Shown piece after piece: positions 41,483 to 51,740 of a DNA stretch of 64,000 nt (position 1 is the first letter of the stretch; each line of letters opens with the position of its first letter). The DNA lies in NCBI GenBank assembly GCA_038821645.1, contig JAWBDT010000002.1:32001-96000 (forward strand), in the 5' to 3' direction. The stretch is from Ignisphaera sp. Its GTDB lineage: Archaea > Thermoproteota > Thermoprotei_A > Sulfolobales > Ignisphaeraceae. The notes beneath the pieces are model-generated. The model did not search any database and had not been told where the DNA came from. It saw only the letters and a program-made list of their open reading frames with translations. A program made the translations under genes and the position numbers.

Positions 41483-41508
41483 TTTTCACTCCTTGTAAGC
41501 TTCATCAT
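41460..41508 (-). ncRNA. box C/D guide sRNA overlapping the 5' end of the m5C methyltransferase gene
   Basis: Minus strand: ATGATGA-agcttacaagga-GTGA-aaa-ATGAACG-tagaacccgcgg-CTGA. Both guides are complementary to tRNA-like sequence. Confidence 0.7.
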
Positions 41509-41604
41509 CCTTACGAAATCTTTTATACTAATAATGTAGTAGGTAAGCCCAAAAGTTTTATTTAAACAGAAAAATTAAGGTTACACTTACATAGTAATAA
41601 TTTA

Positions 41605-43227
41605 TTACCTTAAATTAGTATTTTTTATTAATAGTGCCGTTCTCAAGAAATATGTGTAGATAGGTGACGGTTCTAAAGGTTTGCTTCGAAATTCAGGATG
41701 AGCCTGAGTACCTATAAAGAAGTTATGAGATTTCAGCTCCATAAACTCTACGATCTCTTCATCACTACTTACACCACTAACTATAAATCCATTCTTTTCA
41801 AACAACTCAATGTACTTATTGTTGACACCATATCTATGCCTATGTCTTTCTACTATCGTGTCTCTTCCATAGGCTTCGAAAACTTTTGTTCCCTTTATGA
41901 GCTTAATAGTCTTAGAACCCAAACGCATAGTTCCTCCTATGAAATCTATATTACGTTGCATAGGCAGCAGATCTATGACGGGGTGAGAAGTTGTTGGATT
42001 AAGTTCACTGCTATCAGCATCACGTAGATTAAGTACGTTTCTAGCGAATTCAACAATCATTAACTGGAAACCAAAGCATATACCTAACGTTGGTATGTTA
42101 TTTTCTCTTAAATATTTTATGGCCTTGATCTTACCTATACTACCTCTTTTACCGAACCCTGGAAGTATTATTGCACCATCTACCTTCCCTATAATTTTTT
42201 CTACATCATAATTGTCATGATTTTCGAGTTCTGAAGATTCTATCCAATGAAATATCGGTTTTATACCCAAATATGCAGAAGAATGTTTAATAGCTTCAAT
42301 TATACTTATATAGCTATCTTGCAACTTAGTATATTTACCTATCATTGCTATACGTAATTTTACATCAGCTTTCTTAAGTTTTTCCACAAAGTTTAGCCAT
42401 AACGATATCTCTGGCTCTCTATGCACTAGTTCAAGCCTCTGAGCTATAAGTAATGGAACTCGTTGCATATACAATATTAAGGGAACTTCGTATATTGTTT
42501 CTACATCATGATTAGATATAACATATTCTTCAGGAACATTGCTGTAAAGAGCTATTTTTCTTCGAGCTTCATCACTTAATGGTTTCTCACATCTGGCGAC
42601 GATCATATCTGGTTGTATTCCTATTCTTCGTAACTCTTGAACACTGTGCTGAACAGGTTTTGTTTTTTGTTCTCCAGTAGTCCTTAAGGTTGGCACAAGT
42701 GCTACATGGATGAAAAATGTATTTCTATATCCGTTTTCTAACCTCATTTGTCTTATAGCTTCAAGAAATGGCAAACCCTCAATATCACCAACAGTACCAC
42801 CAATTTCAACGATTGTGATATCAGCAGCTTGTTCTTTAGCCACCTCCATTATTATATTCTTTATTTCATTAGTTACATGTGGAATTATCTGGACTGTTGA
42901 ACCTAAGTATACACCTTTTCTCTCCTTAGTTATAACAGAAAGATACACTTGTCCTGTCGTTATATTGTTTTTCTTACTGAGATTCTTGCCTAAGAACCTT
43001 TCATAATGACCTATATCTAGATCCGTTTCACCTCCATCATCTGTTACAAAAACTTCTCCATGAGCATAAGGATTCATAGTTCCAGCATCAACGTTAATGT
43101 ACGGATCTATCTTTATGGCAGTCACATTATATCCCATAGACTGAAGTAACATAGCTATTGATGCCGATGTAACACCTTTACCAATTCCGCTCAAAACACC
43201 TCCTGTTATAAAGATGTATTTAGTCAT
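41605..43227 (-). CDS. pyrG: CTP synthase
   Basis: KYIFITGGVLSGIGKG, KIDPYINVDAGTM, EIGGTVGDIE, KTKP.QHSV, GICFG, HPE. Confidence 0.97.
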   Translation of the reverse strand: MTKYIFITGGVLSGIGKGVTSASIAMLLQSMGYNVTAIKIDPYINVDAGTMNPYAHGEVFVTDDGGETDLDIGHYERFLGKNLSKKNNITTGQVYLSVITKERKGVYLGSTVQIIPHVTNEIKNIIMEVAKEQAADITIVEIGGTVGDIEGLPFLEAIRQMRLENGYRNTFFIHVALVPTLRTTGEQKTKPVQHSVQELRRIGIQPDMIVARCEKPLSDEARRKIALYSNVPEEYVISNHDVETIYEVPLILYMQRVPLLIAQRLELVHREPEISLWLNFVEKLKKADVKLRIAMIGKYTKLQDSYISIIEAIKHSSAYLGIKPIFHWIESSELENHDNYDVEKIIGKVDGAIILPGFGKRGSIGKIKAIKYLRENNIPTLGICFGFQLMIVEFARNVLNLRDADSSELNPTTSHPVIDLLPMQRNIDFIGGTMRLGSKTIKLIKGTKVFEAYGRDTIVERHRHRYGVNNKYIELFEKNGFIVSGVSSDEEIVEFMELKSHNFFIGTQAHPEFRSKPLEPSPIYTYFLRTALLIKNTNLR

Positions 43228-43680
43228 GATCTCTTACTCTCTGAACCTAAGATAATAGTTACGTTATTATGTACACAAATAAAAAGTTAAACTATGTTAA
43301 ATACTTTAAACAGTATGTTTAATGTACAAACTTAGTGTTATTCAATGATGGTTTAGGGTATCGATAACTATTCTTGATGAACTAATATACTCACTATAGA
43401 TATTAAAAATTTCTTACTTTCTTTTGTTCTTGAGAAACAGTTCATTACAACTAGGTGTGTGTAAATCAGCAAGGGTGCACTAGATACCTCCACTAGATGC
43501 ATAGGAATATCCTCTAATTCATTAGAAACAATAACACTCAATGTGAGGTCCTATCAGATCAACCTATACCTAAGTAATCTAAGAATTCAAAGTTCTGTGG
43601 GTTATACTCTGGTACTTTTCTCGCTATACTCTAATATGTCGCCCCTTTCTTTATTTACATAACACTTTTATACAATAATA

Positions 43681-44010
43681 TTGGGAATTCCAATGGAATT
43701 ATTATTTACAACATTAATAGCTACAACATTTCTTACTTCATCAATAGTTATTCTAGCTTTGAATTTTAAATTAAGAAATCGTATAGCATTCAAGGACAAA
43801 AATGATAAAAGTAATAAAAATAGTAAGAGTATACAGAATGATACATCCAATATCTATAACTCAGTAAATAGCGGTTATGCATATACTGTAGATGTAGGCG
43901 ATTCTCTTGTTGTAGTTGTCGTAGTGAATAAGAGTAACATAGGTTCAAGTTTCTTAAATGTTTTACCAAGTCCTATAGAGGTAAATACTGAAAACTATAG
44001 CAGTGAATAA
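43681..44010 (+). CDS. hypothetical single-pass membrane protein
   Basis: N-terminal TM, N/S/K-rich linker, hydrophobic beta-like C-terminal stretch. Confidence 0.5.
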   Translation: MGIPMELLFTTLIATTFLTSSIVILALNFKLRNRIAFKDKNDKSNKNSKSIQNDTSNIYNSVNSGYAYTVDVGDSLVVVVVVNKSNIGSSFLNVLPSPIEVNTENYSSE

Positions 44011-44012
44011 CT

Positions 44013-44813
44013 TTGAATAGATTGATACAAAATCGTAACATACGTTTATCGTCTACCATGGCATTAACAATAACGTTTTACTTACTTATAGAAACGAATG
44101 TTTACTTAAAGATCTTTATCATGCTTTTTAGTTACATATATACAAAAATATATAATTCCATTGTTAGATTCTTTTCCTTAAATATTGATAAATTAATCGT
44201 TTCAAGGATGTTGAAGATATATCTTTTCATAATATCAGTAATATATAATAGCATCTTAATAAAATTGGTGTATGATATAGGTTTTAGCTTGATTAAAACA
44301 AGTATGTTTATGTTTGCATTACCATTAGTTCTACAAGCACTATCTACAAAATTGGATTCTATAGCATCCAGAAAATCTATAGCAACAATCGCAGATGCGT
44401 CAAGCCTCATGTTATTGTTATTAGTATATGCTGATTACATTTATTTCTTTAGGCTAGAGAAAACGACATCAATAGTTGTATTGTCATTAATAACTCTCTT
44501 TACATTCTTGAAAAGATTTCCTCTCCAAGTAACTCTTCCCCCAATTATGGCATATATATTTGTCAATTCAGGTAATGTCTCATTTTTAACATTTATGTAT
44601 GTATTGCATCTATCGTATCTTTATGGATATATGAATTCCTTATCTAGTCCTGATAGTATCTTGCCACAACATACATTATCATCGCTTCTCTTAATGTTGT
44701 TCTCATTGATTATTTCCCTAATGCTTTTTGTTATTATAGGATTAAAGCCATTATTAGTCATTAATGGACTCATCACCGTAATACTGATTATGGTTTTATT
44801 GTTATGTTCTTAG
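44013..44813 (+). CDS. hypothetical multi-pass membrane protein
   Basis: About 8 hydrophobic segments; starts 2 nt after the previous ORF. Confidence 0.6.
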   Translation: MNRLIQNRNIRLSSTMALTITFYLLIETNVYLKIFIMLFSYIYTKIYNSIVRFFSLNIDKLIVSRMLKIYLFIISVIYNSILIKLVYDIGFSLIKTSMFMFALPLVLQALSTKLDSIASRKSIATIADASSLMLLLLVYADYIYFFRLEKTTSIVVLSLITLFTFLKRFPLQVTLPPIMAYIFVNSGNVSFLTFMYVLHLSYLYGYMNSLSSPDSILPQHTLSSLLLMLFSLIISLMLFVIIGLKPLLVINGLITVILIMVLLLCS

Positions 44814-44948
44814 CGATAATAATCATGTTCTACATACTATCAATGTTCGTATAAGATCGTGCATCTATATAATACATCACTCTGTGGTATGTTTTAGCTC
44901 TGAGAATTAATAAGAAAAATAACATTAGATGATCGTACTGGTTGGAGC

Positions 44949-45194
44949 TCATCTCTTCCACACTATTTCACCATTCTTTTTCTCTATTCTAATAACTCTG
45001 TGAATTGGAATAACTATGAATTCATTGACTTCGTTATCTACGTATATATAGTTATTGTCTACATTTTTTATACAACTAAATGGTATGTACTTGTATCCAG
45101 ATGTTGTTGTCCTATCAACTATCACCATCAGAAACTCTTCCAGAGAATCTCTATGTTTCCAAATAATCTTATTTATTGCTTCTTTGATTTTCAT
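44949..45194 (-). CDS. DUF504/MJ1316-like RNA repair domain protein
   Basis: IKE.INKI.W, DR, IPIHRVIRI..NGEIVWKR. Confidence 0.85.
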   Translation of the reverse strand: MKIKEAINKIIWKHRDSLEEFLMVIVDRTTTSGYKYIPFSCIKNVDNNYIYVDNEVNEFIVIPIHRVIRIEKKNGEIVWKR

Positions 45195-45401
45195 GCATAA
45201 TCTCCTTGATTATTATGTGATGTTAACTGTATCATTTTACATATTTGATCATCTATTCATACTATTCTACAGGATATAAATGTGTAAATGATTTTGTTAG
45301 GTTATATTGGTATATGCGTAATGTATTGATTAGTAGATATAGGTTTACTCATTATAATAGTTATAATAGTAACGAATATATTCTTCTCTTAGCTTTAGAC
45401 C

Positions 45402-47378
45402 TTGGGTATGGAGTTTATGTATAGAGTTGCTAGGATAAATGTTGATAATGGAAGCTATACTATAAAGGAATATACTATTGGTGAAGTACTAGGTCCTATA
45501 GATCTAGGCTTGAAGATACATGAAGAACTTGAATCATGGAAACATGATGTATTCAGTCCCAATAATGCCTTGATTTTAGGGGCAGGTCCCTTTGCTGGAA
45601 GTAAGCTATTTGGATCGCATAGACTTATAGCACTATTTAGAAGTCCTGAAAGTAAAGGAATACATTTCTCTGCTATGGGTGGAGCAGCCTATAAGTTTAT
45701 TGGATGTGGAGTTCATGCTGTTTCAATAGAGGGTATGAGTTCAAAGCCCACAATTATTACAATAGAAGGGAGTACTGAAGGTAATGTAAGGGTTAAGCTA
45801 GATTATATTGAGTTAGAGGAGCTTGAAAGAATATACAGAGGTTACGAAGGATACATTGGAGCTTTTGCATTTGTGCGTTATCTATTAGATAGATATCTAG
45901 AGGTTATACGATCAATAAATGCTAGACCAATAGTAGTGGGTCCAGCTGCGTTAAGGACTATATATGGCGCTATAGTATCTATTGATGTAGATCCTAACAA
46001 GAAGCTGTTGATACATGGGAGAGAAGATTATGCTGCTAGAGGTGGTGGAGGTTCCGTTCTAGCTCAAGCACACAACGTTGTTGCTATAATAGCTGGTGGA
46101 GATTGGAAACCTAAGTTACCTGAAGAATTAACTAACATATCTAAATTGAATGAGTTATACAAGAAGATTACAGGAACAGATTTCGTCTCTACTGTAAATA
46201 AGTCCACAGTAAAGTATCGGTATGATCAATCTATTGGCGCTGGAGGAACTTTTGGTGTAAATTATCCTCACTATAGGGAACTTCTACCATTATTCAACTA
46301 TAACACTATGTACACACCTAAACATATAAAGAAAAAATTGGTCGATATAATGCTAGAGAACTTCTGGTTACCATTTGTTGAAGAAACTTTTATAAAAAGT
46401 AAATCTTGGGAAACATGTGGCGAACCCTGTCCTGCAGCATGTAAAAAGATATGGAGAGGTAAGAAAGTTGACTATGAACCTTTCAACGCTTTAGGACCTT
46501 TCATAGGTGTTTTGAGTATAGAACCAGTAGCAAAGGTAGTGGATCTAGGTGATCAACTTGGATATGATCTAATAACGTTAGGTCATATTGTTGCATGGCT
46601 TCTTGAAGCTGTATACAAAGGACTACTAAAGCCAGAAGAGGTAGGTATCGATGATGTTCCCTCGTTAGATCCCTCAGCACTAAATATAGACTTGTGGTCA
46701 AAGAACATTAAGTTAGCTGAAAAGATTATTTTGAACATGTTAGAGAAGAAAACAGATGTATTAAAACTTGTTGCAGAAAAAGGTATTAGAGCTGCAGCTA
46801 AGGAATTAGACAACATGTTTAAAGACAGAGTTGAAAAGATTCGTACTAAATTCGAAGATCTTGTGGTGTATGTACCCTATGGCGAGGATGGATATATGAC
46901 GCCAACATTTTATTGGTCTCCTGGTGTTGTGCTACCTCTCGTTATTACAGGAAAGTACTTGACTAATTATACACCTACATTTGCTGAACCAGAAGAGTTT
47001 GCTAAAACAGTAGCAATAAGGATACTAAAGGAGCTAATAATTGAAAATGCAGGATTATGTAGATTCCATAGGGGCTGGTTTGAAAAGAATGCATCTGATT
47101 TCTATAAACCCTTAGGAATAGATATAGACCTTGATAAATATGCGAATGAGCTATACATTAAGATGGCTTTATATAACATAAGATCTGGTGCTAAGCCGAG
47201 GTATGTTGAAAGCGAGAAAGTTAAAGATATATTCGTAACGCTCGCTCTTGAAACGAACTTCGTTAACTGGATATCTAAATTCAACACAGATCGAGAGAAC
47301 TCTGTAAAAGAATGGTGGTACAGAGCTAGTAAGTATATTATAGAACAGCTTAAACTTCCTCAAGAATGGCTTAACTGA
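45402..47378 (+). CDS. gor: glyceraldehyde-3-phosphate:ferredoxin oxidoreductase (GAPOR, AOR family)
   Basis: GSHRL..FRSP, SAMGGA, AARGGGGSVL, TCGEPCPAACKK, DYEP, YWSPG, GLCRFHRGW. Confidence 0.9.
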   Translation: MGMEFMYRVARINVDNGSYTIKEYTIGEVLGPIDLGLKIHEELESWKHDVFSPNNALILGAGPFAGSKLFGSHRLIALFRSPESKGIHFSAMGGAAYKFIGCGVHAVSIEGMSSKPTIITIEGSTEGNVRVKLDYIELEELERIYRGYEGYIGAFAFVRYLLDRYLEVIRSINARPIVVGPAALRTIYGAIVSIDVDPNKKLLIHGREDYAARGGGGSVLAQAHNVVAIIAGGDWKPKLPEELTNISKLNELYKKITGTDFVSTVNKSTVKYRYDQSIGAGGTFGVNYPHYRELLPLFNYNTMYTPKHIKKKLVDIMLENFWLPFVEETFIKSKSWETCGEPCPAACKKIWRGKKVDYEPFNALGPFIGVLSIEPVAKVVDLGDQLGYDLITLGHIVAWLLEAVYKGLLKPEEVGIDDVPSLDPSALNIDLWSKNIKLAEKIILNMLEKKTDVLKLVAEKGIRAAAKELDNMFKDRVEKIRTKFEDLVVYVPYGEDGYMTPTFYWSPGVVLPLVITGKYLTNYTPTFAEPEEFAKTVAIRILKELIIENAGLCRFHRGWFEKNASDFYKPLGIDIDLDKYANELYIKMALYNIRSGAKPRYVESEKVKDIFVTLALETNFVNWISKFNTDRENSVKEWWYRASKYIIEQLKLPQEWLN

Positions 47379-47639
47379 TTTACAAACTTACATTAATGCA
47401 CTTCAATGATCTCTACACAAGTATGGTGTTGTCGATCAAGGTAATCAGTAATATGTATAGCTACTTTGAATTGAATTATATTAAATTACAAATATCGTGA
47501 GACAATTGTACAGTAATGTATTTGAGGTAAACAATATCTCCCATACATTCAGACAATAATCCAGGATAAGATTTTGAATGGTTAAGGTAATTATTGCAAT
47601 ACTAAAGAATTTAGGGCAATTATGCCATTCTATAGAGAA

Positions 47640-48041
47640 TTATTCCTGAATATTTTCTTCCGGCGGTAAGGGTGCTTCTCTCATTCTCTCTTCAACTTCT
47701 TCTGCAAGTTCTGAAAGCAATATTTTAATTTCCTTAACCATAGGTTTGGCCAATTTCTTTATACCTCTATGACCAGGCATATATACAGCTCTAACAATAT
47801 TTGCTTCCTCAAGTCTTCTCACATGGGTACTGATATTTGCTTTGCTTTGATTAAGTTTTTCAGCTAAGTCTTCTATTCCTACATCTTCCTTAAATATCAG
47901 TCCAAGAATTCTTAATCTTGTCAAAGATGCTAAGGCACTTGCAACCTTCTCTATAAATTCTTCGCCAGCTACATACATAGTGTCCCCTTCAATCCATATG
48001 CCTCGTTTAATCTTCGAAACATTCTTTTCATTTGAACTCAT
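47640..48041 (-). CDS. ArsR-family HTH transcriptional regulator
   Basis: ALAS.TRLRIL, LAEKLNQSKANISTHVRRLEEANIV, PG.RG.KK. Confidence 0.88.
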   Translation of the reverse strand: MSSNEKNVSKIKRGIWIEGDTMYVAGEEFIEKVASALASLTRLRILGLIFKEDVGIEDLAEKLNQSKANISTHVRRLEEANIVRAVYMPGHRGIKKLAKPMVKEIKILLSELAEEVEERMREAPLPPEENIQE

Positions 48042-49202
48042 AGTTTATGCCCAAAAACATGCTATACTATTCGCTTTATATAGTTTAGGTGTTTATAAAA
48101 ATTGTATATCTTTTCAACATATTATCAGTAAATACACTAATAATGTACTAAAGTTTGATATTCACAAAAACAATATATTACTTCATTTGATCTAGATTCA
48201 TTTCATGATACATGTAAATATGCTTATTTTAGACATGACTAAATCAATCAACTAATAAAAATAAATTAAGCCTATGTATGATTTTTAATAATTTAAGTTT
48301 CCAATAATCTCTACATTACTATAAGTCATGTATCTGCTATATAGACATATAAGAAACATATAGCTACCTTAAGATAACAAAGGAATGCAACACAATATCA
48401 TCCTAGTCTTTAGGTATTATAATTGCTTTAATGTACCTTATGAAACATCATCAACATCAGGTGTTGTAGATATTTCGATTTTAATTCGATAATATGTATA
48501 ATTTATATTAAATTCTCTAGATAGAATTATGAAGTTTGTTTAAGTTAAACATATGAAATTATGAAATTAAATAATTATGTTCATATTGTGAACATGCTCA
48601 AGTTTTCATCACTTCTAGGGTTAGGATGATCTCAGGTAATCACATCTTGAGTGACTCGGAGAGCTCTGATAGACTTTCAACGCATCATTGGTATTATCTT
48701 CATCACCATGTATAAGATACCTATAAACATTTCCATCAATATCAATTAATACAAACAGATATAAAATCCGAAATAGTTGCATTAATCTATGTAAGTCTGT
48801 CTACAGGTTGCTTGGTTTTCTAGTTACTTGGTAATTCTATGGGTTTCAGAAATCAATACTAAAGCCTATAAATGCCCATGTGTTTGGGTAATTAGGAGCT
48901 TATGAGCTATTGACGAGGACGAGACTCTATAGATCTCTTTGCTAATAGTTCTGAAGAACAACAACAACCCTTGGAGCTTCAGGCGAGGAAACGAAGATAA
49001 GCAAATAAGGCAAATCCGTGTCTAAGGAAAACTAGAAATAATCAAGATAACTAAATAACTAATGTATACAAGTAACCAATGAATCATAACTATATTAGAG
49101 ATTAGGCGAGATGAATATATATACAAAACTTATTTAAATACTCAGTAATCAGTTACGTAGTTTTTCTGTTATCAAATTGTTGTTTTCATGACTTAAATAA
49201 CA

Positions 49203-49388
49203 TTATTCACATGAATATGTATAGGGTAGTAAAGCCCTAAAGTGTTTAGATGTTCTAGGGCTTATGAATAATCCTATCTTGATTTCCTTACCTCTGTGAT
49301 TTTTAATTACATATACTTTATTAGGGGCTATCGTAATCACTGTATGGGATGTAGGATCTTTAACTCTTACTTCATTTCTGCACACCAT
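49203..49388 (-). CDS. Cren7-family chromatin protein, divergent
   Basis: 61 aa; V.VKDP, P.KVY, IKIGLF.SP.T.K.FRA.LP..Y aligns by eye with Cren7. Confidence 0.8.
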   Translation of the reverse strand: MVCRNEVRVKDPTSHTVITIAPNKVYVIKNHRGKEIKIGLFISPRTSKHFRALLPYTYSCE

Positions 49389-49550
49389 ACCTTAGCCACC
49401 TCTCACAACATGTTAGAGCTGATATAGGCAGATGTCTACAATGCATTTAAGTGTCTAGAAATTTAAGCTTTATTAAGACACGAACAATAAAATTAACTTT
49501 ATGTACAAACAAATCAGTGTCAGAATGTTGAAGAGTTATTGTGATCTATT

Positions 49551-50126
49551 ATGAGTATTAGATGCTTTATAGCTATAGAAATTGAGAATTACGAAGTACT
49601 TAAAGAGATTATAAAGGTTAAAGAAGAATTATTGAGAAGAGGTTTAGATATAAAACTAGTTGAAGATGAAAATATACATCTAACATTAAGATTTCTGGGC
49701 AATATATCACAGAATAGTGTTGAGGTTGTAAAGAAGATACTCTCAAGCTCTAGTCAGATAATTAATAGATTTGAAATTGAGATTAGAGGTCTAGGAGTGT
49801 TTCCATCAATTGGCAATCCTAGAGTGATTTGGGTTGGTGTTGGAAAAGGTGTTGAAGAATTATATCAGATAAGGAAAATAATTGATCAGGAGATATCGAA
49901 GAATAAATTATATGATGTTCATAAAGATGAGCAAGAGTTTCATCCGCACATCACATTAGCACGTGTAAAAAGTCGTAGAAATATAGAGTCATTTTACGAT
50001 TTCTATAAGCGCTATAGTGATTATTTGTTTGGAGTATCGTCTGTTACTAAAATTAAATTAAAACAAAGTATACTCAGACTTCAGGGACCTATATATCACG
50101 ACATATTTATCGTTAGTCTAAGGTAA
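49551..50126 (+). CDS. thpR: RNA 2',3'-cyclic phosphodiesterase (2H family, 2'-5' RNA ligase)
   Basis: RCFIAI, HLTLRFLG, PRVIWVG, FHPHITLAR. Confidence 0.93.
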   Translation: MSIRCFIAIEIENYEVLKEIIKVKEELLRRGLDIKLVEDENIHLTLRFLGNISQNSVEVVKKILSSSSQIINRFEIEIRGLGVFPSIGNPRVIWVGVGKGVEELYQIRKIIDQEISKNKLYDVHKDEQEFHPHITLARVKSRRNIESFYDFYKRYSDYLFGVSSVTKIKLKQSILRLQGPIYHDIFIVSLR

Positions 50127-50135
50127 GATGATATA

Positions 50136-51578
50136 ATGATGTTCGATATGAACAGTATTATTCGCAAGATTGCTGAAGAGATAAGACCCTCCGAACAAGA
50201 GAGAAGGAGGCTTATGGATATATATGAACACGTAAAGTCCACGCTAGAAACTTGTTTATCATTATCTCTAGATAGAGATGTAGAAGTAACGTTGCAGGGA
50301 TCTCTGGCTAAGGATACCTTTCTCAGAGGTCAATCAGATATCGATGTGTTTCTGTTGTTCCAGCCACGTAGTGATACAGACTACAGATGGTTCAAGGAGG
50401 TTCTGGTTCCTGTTGTTATAAACTGTTTCAAAGATTATAGATACACCCTAAATTATGCTTCTCATCCCTATGTTACGCTGTATGTTGATGATGCAGAGGT
50501 GAATATAGTGCCCGCTTTTAGGATTGAGAGTCCCAGCAAGATAATTAGTGCTGTTGATAGAACTCCGTTTCACACTGAGTACGTTAGAAGCCACCTCTCT
50601 ATTGAGCAAAGAGATGAAGTAAGGGTTCTGAAGTACTTCCTTAAACAGTGGGGTCTTTATGGAGCTGAAGCCTCTACTAGAGGTTTTTCGGGTTATCTAG
50701 CAGAGCTTCTTGTGATAGCATATGGCACGTTTCTCACCTTGCTGAAGAACTGTACTAGCTGGAGAGCCTACGAGACATGTATAGATATAGAGAACCAATA
50801 TAAATCCAAAAGAGAATGTTTAGAGAAATTCAGAAATGATGTATTGGTCGTAGTTGATCCCGTGGATCCAGGCAGAAATGCAGCATCTGCTTTATCGGTA
50901 AAAAGCTTTGCTTTGTTCAAACTCTTGGCGGGATTATTCATAGAGAGACCGTCACCTATGTTCTTTCGAATCAACGAAATAGAGATACACAGTAATGTCC
51001 CTACAGAAGAGGTGGTTCGTATGCATGTTGAGGAATATGGGAGCTGTCTCTACGGGCTAGAGTTCGATATAGTGAAGCCCATCCCAGATGTTGTATGGGG
51101 TCAATTGAACAGGCTACGCAAAGCTGTAACAAATACCCTTAGGTCCCAGGGAATAGGTGAAGTGGTGCGAGCAGACTCGTGGATCGATAGAGCCTTAACG
51201 AAGGCCATAACAGTTGTAGAGATAATTTACTGTAACAAGAGATACACATTACACAGAGGTCCTTATGCATATGATGTACACAATGCTCTGAGGTTTCTGA
51301 TCAAAAACAAAAGCATAGGGATGGGTCCCTGGATCAACGACGATGGAAGGCTCTATACCTTCAGAATGATTGACACAAACATAGTGAAGATAATCATGGA
51401 TACCATCTTGAGATGTTCTCCAACGAGTCTAAGACTCACAAAAGTCCTGGACCTAGGAAACAGAGAAACCCTACAGACAGTAGATCCGGGATTCAAGGAA
51501 TGGTTAAGAAGTTTTCTAGAAGGAGATCCAATCAAAAAAATTATGAAATTACTTGAAGACTCTTATCTCGATCCTTGA
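50136..51578 (+). CDS. cca: CCA-adding enzyme, archaeal class I
   Basis: QGSLAKDTFL..SDIDVF, YASHPY, AVDRTPFHTEYV, YGAE...GFSGYLAELL, DPVDP.RNAASA. Confidence 0.95.
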   Translation: MMFDMNSIIRKIAEEIRPSEQERRRLMDIYEHVKSTLETCLSLSLDRDVEVTLQGSLAKDTFLRGQSDIDVFLLFQPRSDTDYRWFKEVLVPVVINCFKDYRYTLNYASHPYVTLYVDDAEVNIVPAFRIESPSKIISAVDRTPFHTEYVRSHLSIEQRDEVRVLKYFLKQWGLYGAEASTRGFSGYLAELLVIAYGTFLTLLKNCTSWRAYETCIDIENQYKSKRECLEKFRNDVLVVVDPVDPGRNAASALSVKSFALFKLLAGLFIERPSPMFFRINEIEIHSNVPTEEVVRMHVEEYGSCLYGLEFDIVKPIPDVVWGQLNRLRKAVTNTLRSQGIGEVVRADSWIDRALTKAITVVEIIYCNKRYTLHRGPYAYDVHNALRFLIKNKSIGMGPWINDDGRLYTFRMIDTNIVKIIMDTILRCSPTSLRLTKVLDLGNRETLQTVDPGFKEWLRSFLEGDPIKKIMKLLEDSYLDP

Positions 51579-51740
51579 TACATCGATCTCCTTTTCCAGA
51601 ATTTTACCACAGCTAGGACATGTACTAGATATTCGTACAATGAGCTCTGAAGGCGAAGGAACTCCATAGTAATCCTGTCCAGCTCTCAAAAAGGTGTAGA
51701 TAATTGTACCACATTTTGCGCATTTATAAATCACAGGCAT
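51549..51740 (-). CDS. small zinc-ribbon protein
   Basis: MPVIYKCAKCG...G.PSPSE...CPSCG. ATG 51740 is preceded by GGTGGGG. Confidence 0.8.
   Translation of the reverse strand: MPVIYKCAKCGTIIYTFLRAGQDYYGVPSPSELIVRISSTCPSCGKILEKEIDVSRIEIRVFK

Noticed and set aside
49551-51578. Nucleotidyltransferase plus 2H phosphoesterase as a CBASS/OAS-like signalling system
   Set aside because: The protein has the full class I CCA-adding enzyme signature, thpR-cca is a usual archaeal housekeeping pair, and no effector gene is present.
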